DNA of 64,000 bases from Alphaproteobacteria bacterium (GTDB taxonomy: Bacteria; Pseudomonadota; Alphaproteobacteria; CALKHQ01): positions 736,001 through 800,000 of the forward strand of contig CBDDFZ010000001.1 in the NCBI GenBank assembly GCA_965227515.1, in the 5' to 3' direction. The notes beneath the pieces are model-generated. The model was given only the letters and a program-made list of their open reading frames with translations. It did not search any database and was not told where the DNA came from. Below are positions 57,943 to 64,000 of the stretch, in pieces (position 1 is the stretch's first letter; every line of letters begins with the position of its first letter). A program made the position numbers and the translations under genes.

Positions 57943-59817
57943 ATGCCGGTGGACGTGCCACAAGGACCGCCTGATGTGCCAGCGGCGGCCGCGCCTCCGC
58001 GCAAGCGCGTGCGCGTCGGGCCGTTCTCGATCTCCGTCACCCTGGCAACGAGCATTGGCCTGCTGGTGTTTGCCGCCGCCGCGGCGGTGCTGGTGATCGG
58101 CTTCAACACGGGCCGTCAGAACACGCTCGACCTGTTGAACGACCGCTCGATCGAGATGGTTGCAACCATCGAGACCGGCGTGCGCAACCACCTGGAGCCG
58201 GCGCGCGATCAGGTCGAGTGGCTGGTTTCGCTGGTCGAGAGCAAGCGCGTCGACCCGCGTACCGATGCGCAGCGGTTCGTCGACATGATGGTCGGTGGGC
58301 TGGCGGCGACGCCGCAAACCACAGCACTTGTCTATGTCGATGCCGATCTGCAGGAAATGTCGGTCGCGCGAAACGGCGACACGCGCGAAGCCGACCGCAG
58401 CCGCGATGACATGATGATCGCGCTGCAGGAACGGGCGCGGGCCGATGGAGAACCGTTCTGGGGCCCGCTGACCTATGTGCCCCCGCCGTCCGACATCTCG
58501 TACGTCAACTACCTGCACCCGATCTACGTCGACGGCGCCTATGTTGGTGTGCTGGCCAGCGTGATCTCGATTTCCGAGATGTCGCTGCTGGTCACCGATG
58601 TCGGCGGCCTTTACGACGCGACGGCATTCATCCTGTACGGCGAAGACCGTGTGCTCGCTCATCCCAACCTGACCGGCGGACACGCGGACCTCAGCCCCGA
58701 CAATCCGGCGGTTGCACTGGATCGGGTCGGCGACCTGGTGCTGGCCGGCGCGCCCGGACGCGAGCCGATGGAGCAGTTCGAGCCGGCTGCGCTGGCCGGT
58801 GTCGAGGTCAGCGACGTCGGGCTGCCCGATGGCACCCACATCATGTTCCGCAAGCGCATCGACGGGTTCGGCCATACGCCGTTGGTCATCGGTGCCCACG
58901 CGCCGATCAATGTGGTGGACGAGCAGATGCGCCGGCTGATCGATTCCGGTGTGGCCGGGCTGATCGTGCTCGCCGTGGCGCTGGTGGCCGCCATCGTGCT
59001 CGGCAAGATGATCGCGCGGCCGATCCGCCGGGCGGCGGAAATCGCCGGCAGGATCGGCGACATGGACCTGGAGGGCGTCAGGCCGATGCCGCCCAGCATG
59101 ATCCGTGAGCTGAACGAGCAGGGCGTCGCCTTCAACCGCATGCTGGTCGGCCTGCGGTGGTTCGAGGCCTATGTGCCGCGCCGGCTGGTGCGCCGCCTGA
59201 TCCGCCGCGGCCAGGACGTGCAGTCGATGGAGCGGGACCTGACCATCATGTTCACCGACATCGTCGGCTTCACCACGATGGCCGAGGACATGCCCGCCGG
59301 CGACATCGCCGACGAGTTGAACGCGCATTTCCAGTTGCTGGCCGACGCCGTAGAGGCCGAGGGCGGCACCATCGACAAGTTCATCGGCGATGCGCTGATG
59401 GCGTTCTGGGGCGCTCCGGACGACATGGACGACCATGGTGCGCGTGGGTTGCGGGCGGTGCGGGCGATGGCGGTGGCGGTGAACGCCGACAACGCCCGGC
59501 GGCGCGCGGCGGGAAAGCCGGCGGTTCGGGTGCGCATCGGCCTTCACACCGGCCCGGTCGTGGTTGGCAATATCGGCGTGCCGAGCCGGATGAACTACAC
59601 CATCGTCGGCGATGCGGTGAACACGGCGCAGCGCATCGAGGCGCTGGGCAAGCAGTATGACGACGGCGCCGACGTGACCGTGCTTGTCAGCGCGGCGACG
59701 GCCCGCGCCGCGGGCGAAGCTGCCGCGGACCTGGAGGCGCTGGGCGACGTGGAGCTGAAGGGCCGCAGCCATGCCATCGGCGTCCTGCGCTGCCGAACCG
59801 CCGATCCGGCGGCATAG
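57943..59817 (+). CDS. Membrane class III adenylate/guanylate cyclase (periplasmic sensor, HAMP)
   Basis: 'MFTDIVGFT', 'DKFIGDALMAFWG', 'RIGLHTG', 'GDAVNTAQRIE'. Confidence 0.93.
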   Translation: MPVDVPQGPPDVPAAAAPPRKRVRVGPFSISVTLATSIGLLVFAAAAAVLVIGFNTGRQNTLDLLNDRSIEMVATIETGVRNHLEPARDQVEWLVSLVESKRVDPRTDAQRFVDMMVGGLAATPQTTALVYVDADLQEMSVARNGDTREADRSRDDMMIALQERARADGEPFWGPLTYVPPPSDISYVNYLHPIYVDGAYVGVLASVISISEMSLLVTDVGGLYDATAFILYGEDRVLAHPNLTGGHADLSPDNPAVALDRVGDLVLAGAPGREPMEQFEPAALAGVEVSDVGLPDGTHIMFRKRIDGFGHTPLVIGAHAPINVVDEQMRRLIDSGVAGLIVLAVALVAAIVLGKMIARPIRRAAEIAGRIGDMDLEGVRPMPPSMIRELNEQGVAFNRMLVGLRWFEAYVPRRLVRRLIRRGQDVQSMERDLTIMFTDIVGFTTMAEDMPAGDIADELNAHFQLLADAVEAEGGTIDKFIGDALMAFWGAPDDMDDHGARGLRAVRAMAVAVNADNARRRAAGKPAVRVRIGLHTGPVVVGNIGVPSRMNYTIVGDAVNTAQRIEALGKQYDDGADVTVLVSAATARAAGEAAADLEALGDVELKGRSHAIGVLRCRTADPAA

Positions 59818-59855
59818 CGTCCCCGGCGGCATAGCGTCCCCGGCGGCATAGCGTC
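59806..59855. repeat. 17-bp tandem repeat CCGGCGGCATAGCGTCC x~3
   Basis: Directly visible; the first unit contains the cyclase stop codon. Confidence 0.9.
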
Positions 59856-59931
59856 ATTGTGTCGTTACGCGGTGCGCCGTTCGTACGGTGTGATAGGTTG
59901 CCGCCAGACAGGGATGCGCCGGGGAGGCACG

Positions 59932-61187
<1,256 letters not shown>

Positions 61188-61215
61188 TGACGCGGCATAT
61201 GCCCACCTTCTCCGA

Positions 61216-61339
61216 CGTCATTGCGAGGAGCGCCGCGCAATGAAGTGGAGCGGTGCGACGCGGCAATCCAGAGCGACGTTGGTTTCGGCGCGGCAATCGC
61301 CTGGATCGCCACGCCCGCTTATGCGGGCTCGCGATGACG
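61216..61339. repeat. CGTC-tagged palindromic repeat, copy 3
   Basis: Left half resembles the 23310 copy; right half resembles the 12170 copy. Confidence 0.85.
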
Positions 61340-61364
61340 GGTGGGGTGGTGGGGGACCACACCC

Positions 61365-63044
61365 ATGAGCGCCAACCCCATAACAGGCGCCGAGGCGCTG
61401 CTCAGGAGCCTGAAGCAGAACGGCATCGACCTCGTCTTCGCCAATGCCGGCAGCGACTTCGCGCCGATCATCGAGGCGTGCGTGGCCCTCGGCAAGTCCG
61501 ACGAAGTGCCCGAGTTCATCATTGCCACCCATGAGAACGTCTGCCTGTCGATGGCCCATGGCTACTACCTGGCCACCGGGCGCATGCAGGCGGCTATGGT
61601 GCACACCAATGTCGGGCTGGCGAACGCGACCATGGGCGTGCTCAACGCGCGGTCCGACGACATCCCGATCTTCGTGCTCTCCGGCCGCACGCCGCTGACC
61701 GAACACGCCCGGCTGGGCAGCCGCCAGAACCCGATCCAGTACGGCCAGGAGATGTTCGACCAGACCAGCCTTGTGCGCGACAGCGTGAAGTACGACTACG
61801 AGCTGCGCTATGCCGAGAACGCCGCCGACCTGGTGTCGCGCGCGGCCTCGGTGGCGCGGTCGGAGCCGGTGGGGGCGGTCTATATGTCGCTGCCGCGCGA
61901 GCCCTTGTGCGAGACCGTGGACTCCATGCCGGATGGGCCGATCCAGGTTGCGGGCTCCGTGCCCTATCCCGACCCGGCGGCGATCCGGGCGGCGGCCGAT
62001 GCACTGGCGTCGGCGCAAAACCCACTGATCGTCTGTTCGCGCGGCGACCCGGCCGGGGCCGTCGAGGCCGAGCTTATCGCGATTGCCGAGGAGAACGACA
62101 TCGCCGTCGCCGAGGTCTTCTCCACCCGCAACATCATGCCGACCGACCATGATCTATTGATCGGCCCTAACCTGGTGGCCCACCTGCCCGCCGCCGATGC
62201 GGTGCTGGTGATCGACGCCTCGGTGGCGTGGATGGAGGCAAAGGTGCAGCCGGCGGCCGACGCGACGGTCATCCATCTCGGCCCCGACCCGCTGTTCGCG
62301 CGCATGCCGGTGCGCGCCTACCGCACCTCGATTGCGATCCAGTCCAATGTCGCCGCTGGCTTGGCCGCCCTGCGCGCGGCCCTGCCGGGCACCAGGCGCC
62401 CGGAACGCCGGGCCGCGATCCTGGAGAAACACCGTGCGTTCTTGGCGGCGATGGACCGCAAGGCGGCCGATGGGTCGCAAGGCACGCCGACCAAGGCGTT
62501 CGTCGCGCGCGCGGTGTCGGACCGTCTCGGCGACGACGGCGTGGTCTTCGCCGAGCGCGCCGGGCCGGTCGCCACCTTCCGCATGGCAGGCGGAAACCGC
62601 TGGTTCGGCAACACCCAGGCCGGTGGGCTCGGCTGGTGCCTGCCGGCGGCGCTGGGCTACCAGATGGCCAACCGCGACCGGCTGGTGGTGGCGATGATGG
62701 GTGACGGCTCGTATGTGTTCGCCAACCCGACGGCCAGCCACCAGGTCGCCGCCGCCAACGACCTGCCGGTGCTCACCGTCGTGCTGAACAATGGCGGCTG
62801 GGATGCGGTGCGAACCTCGACCCTGGATGTCTACCCCGACGGCGCGGCCGCGAAAGCGAACCGCATGCCGATGGTGCACTTCGAGCCGGTGCCGGACTAT
62901 GCCGCCATCGCCGCGGCCAGCGGCGCCTGGTCACGCAAGGTCGACCAGGCCGGCGATGTCGCCGCCGCGCTCGATGCCGCCATCGAGGTGGTGCGTAGCG
63001 AACGCCGCCAGGCCCTGCTCGACATCACCGTGCTGCCGGATTGA
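61365..63044 (+). CDS. Thiamine-diphosphate-dependent enzyme
   Basis: 'FANAGSDF', 'HENV..SMAHGY', 'GDGSY...NNGGW'. Confidence 0.88.
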   Translation: MSANPITGAEALLRSLKQNGIDLVFANAGSDFAPIIEACVALGKSDEVPEFIIATHENVCLSMAHGYYLATGRMQAAMVHTNVGLANATMGVLNARSDDIPIFVLSGRTPLTEHARLGSRQNPIQYGQEMFDQTSLVRDSVKYDYELRYAENAADLVSRAASVARSEPVGAVYMSLPREPLCETVDSMPDGPIQVAGSVPYPDPAAIRAAADALASAQNPLIVCSRGDPAGAVEAELIAIAEENDIAVAEVFSTRNIMPTDHDLLIGPNLVAHLPAADAVLVIDASVAWMEAKVQPAADATVIHLGPDPLFARMPVRAYRTSIAIQSNVAAGLAALRAALPGTRRPERRAAILEKHRAFLAAMDRKAADGSQGTPTKAFVARAVSDRLGDDGVVFAERAGPVATFRMAGGNRWFGNTQAGGLGWCLPAALGYQMANRDRLVVAMMGDGSYVFANPTASHQVAAANDLPVLTVVLNNGGWDAVRTSTLDVYPDGAAAKANRMPMVHFEPVPDYAAIAAASGAWSRKVDQAGDVAAALDAAIEVVRSERRQALLDITVLPD

Positions 63045-63061
63045 CCGGCGCCCGGTCCCCG

Positions 63062-64000
63062 CTACGCCTCCTTCAGGGCCTTTCTCAGGCCGATGAAGAT
63101 GCACACGCACATCGCCAGCAGCACCAGCGCGAACGGGAAGCCGGTGGCGATGGCGGCGGCCTGAAGGGCGGCCAATCCGCCGCCGATCAGCAGCGCCGCG
63201 GCGACGATGCCCTCGAACAGGACCCAGAACACCCGCTGAGCGACCGGCGCGTCGATCTTGCCGCCGGCTGTGATCATGTCGATCACCAGTGAGCCGGAAT
63301 CCGATGAGGTGACGAAGAACACGATCACCAGCACGATGCCGATGAACGAGGTCACCTCCACCCATGGCAGCGCTTCCAGCATCTTGAACAGCGACAGTTC
63401 CGGCGTCCACGCCGACACGGTCTCGGTCACGCCGGTGTAGCCGTCGTTGATGAACTGGCCGATGGCGGTGCCGCCGAACGACGTCATCCACAGCACGCAA
63501 ACCAGCATCGGCACGATCAGGACGGCGATCAGGAACTCGCGCACCGTGCGGCCGCGCGAGACCCGGGCGATGAACATGCCGACGAACGGCGACCAGGAAA
63601 TCCACCACGCCCAGTAGAACGTGGTCCAGCTCTGCATGAAGCCCTCGTCCTCCCGGCCGATCCAGTTGCTGAGCTCTGGCAGATTGACGACGTAGCCGGC
63701 GATGTTGGTGAAGAAGCCGCCCAGCACCTCCAGCGTCGGCCCGACAGCGATGACGAAGATCAGCAGGATCAACGCGAGCAGCATGTTGATCTCGCTCAGG
63801 CGCTTCACGCCGCCATCTAGGCCGCGCAGCACCGAGATCAGCGCAATACCGGTGATGCCGAAGATCAGCAGGATCTTGGCCAGGTCGTCGGCGGGAATGC
63901 CGAACAGATAGTCCAGGCCGGCGGTCGCCTGCTCGGCGCCGATGCCGAGCGAGGTCGCCAGCCCGAACAGGGTCGCGAACACCGCCAGCACATCGATGAT
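63062..64000 (-). CDS. BCCT family betaine/carnitine/choline transporter (5' end outside window)
   Basis: 'WTTFYWAWWISWSPFVGMFIARVSRGRTVREF', 'FFVTSSDSGS'. Confidence 0.95.
   Translation of the reverse strand: MIDVLAVFATLFGLATSLGIGAEQATAGLDYLFGIPADDLAKILLIFGITGIALISVLRGLDGGVKRLSEINMLLALILLIFVIAVGPTLEVLGGFFTNIAGYVVNLPELSNWIGREDEGFMQSWTTFYWAWWISWSPFVGMFIARVSRGRTVREFLIAVLIVPMLVCVLWMTSFGGTAIGQFINDGYTGVTETVSAWTPELSLFKMLEALPWVEVTSFIGIVLVIVFFVTSSDSGSLVIDMITAGGKIDAPVAQRVFWVLFEGIVAAALLIGGGLAALQAAAIATGFPFALVLLAMCVCIFIGLRKALKEA

Overview
GC-rich alphaproteobacterial (Rhodospirillales-like; inferred from gene content and CtrA-like motifs) chromosomal window. It holds a Tad/Cpa pilus locus (pilA-cpaABCDE), an uncharacterised amino-acid/osmolyte catabolic cluster with a TRAP transporter, xth and xerC, and a 4-hydroxybenzoate/protocatechuate 4,5-cleavage pathway split in two (pobA, ligK-U-J-I-C at 21-30 kb; ligAB at 60-61 kb). 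Also present: nudF-cysK-alaX-sseA, sugar and Dpp-type ABC transporters, a Phd-PIN toxin-antitoxin pair, an adenylate cyclase and several orphan genes. At least four families of short palindromic intergenic repeats occur. The strongest finding is an IS110/IS1111-type element inserted exactly at the GTAG tag of a REP repeat. Its downstream non-coding end folds, by manual inspection, into a bridge/seek-RNA-like structure whose four loop segments match the REP target and the element's own circle junction around a CT/AG core, and an empty copy of the same REP lies at 14.2 kb. Also notable are a DppC permease with a large inserted Ig-like/acidic-repeat segment, a divergent nitrilase-fold orphan and a low-GC islet. 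All calls are from motif recognition only; no database searches or folding programs were run.
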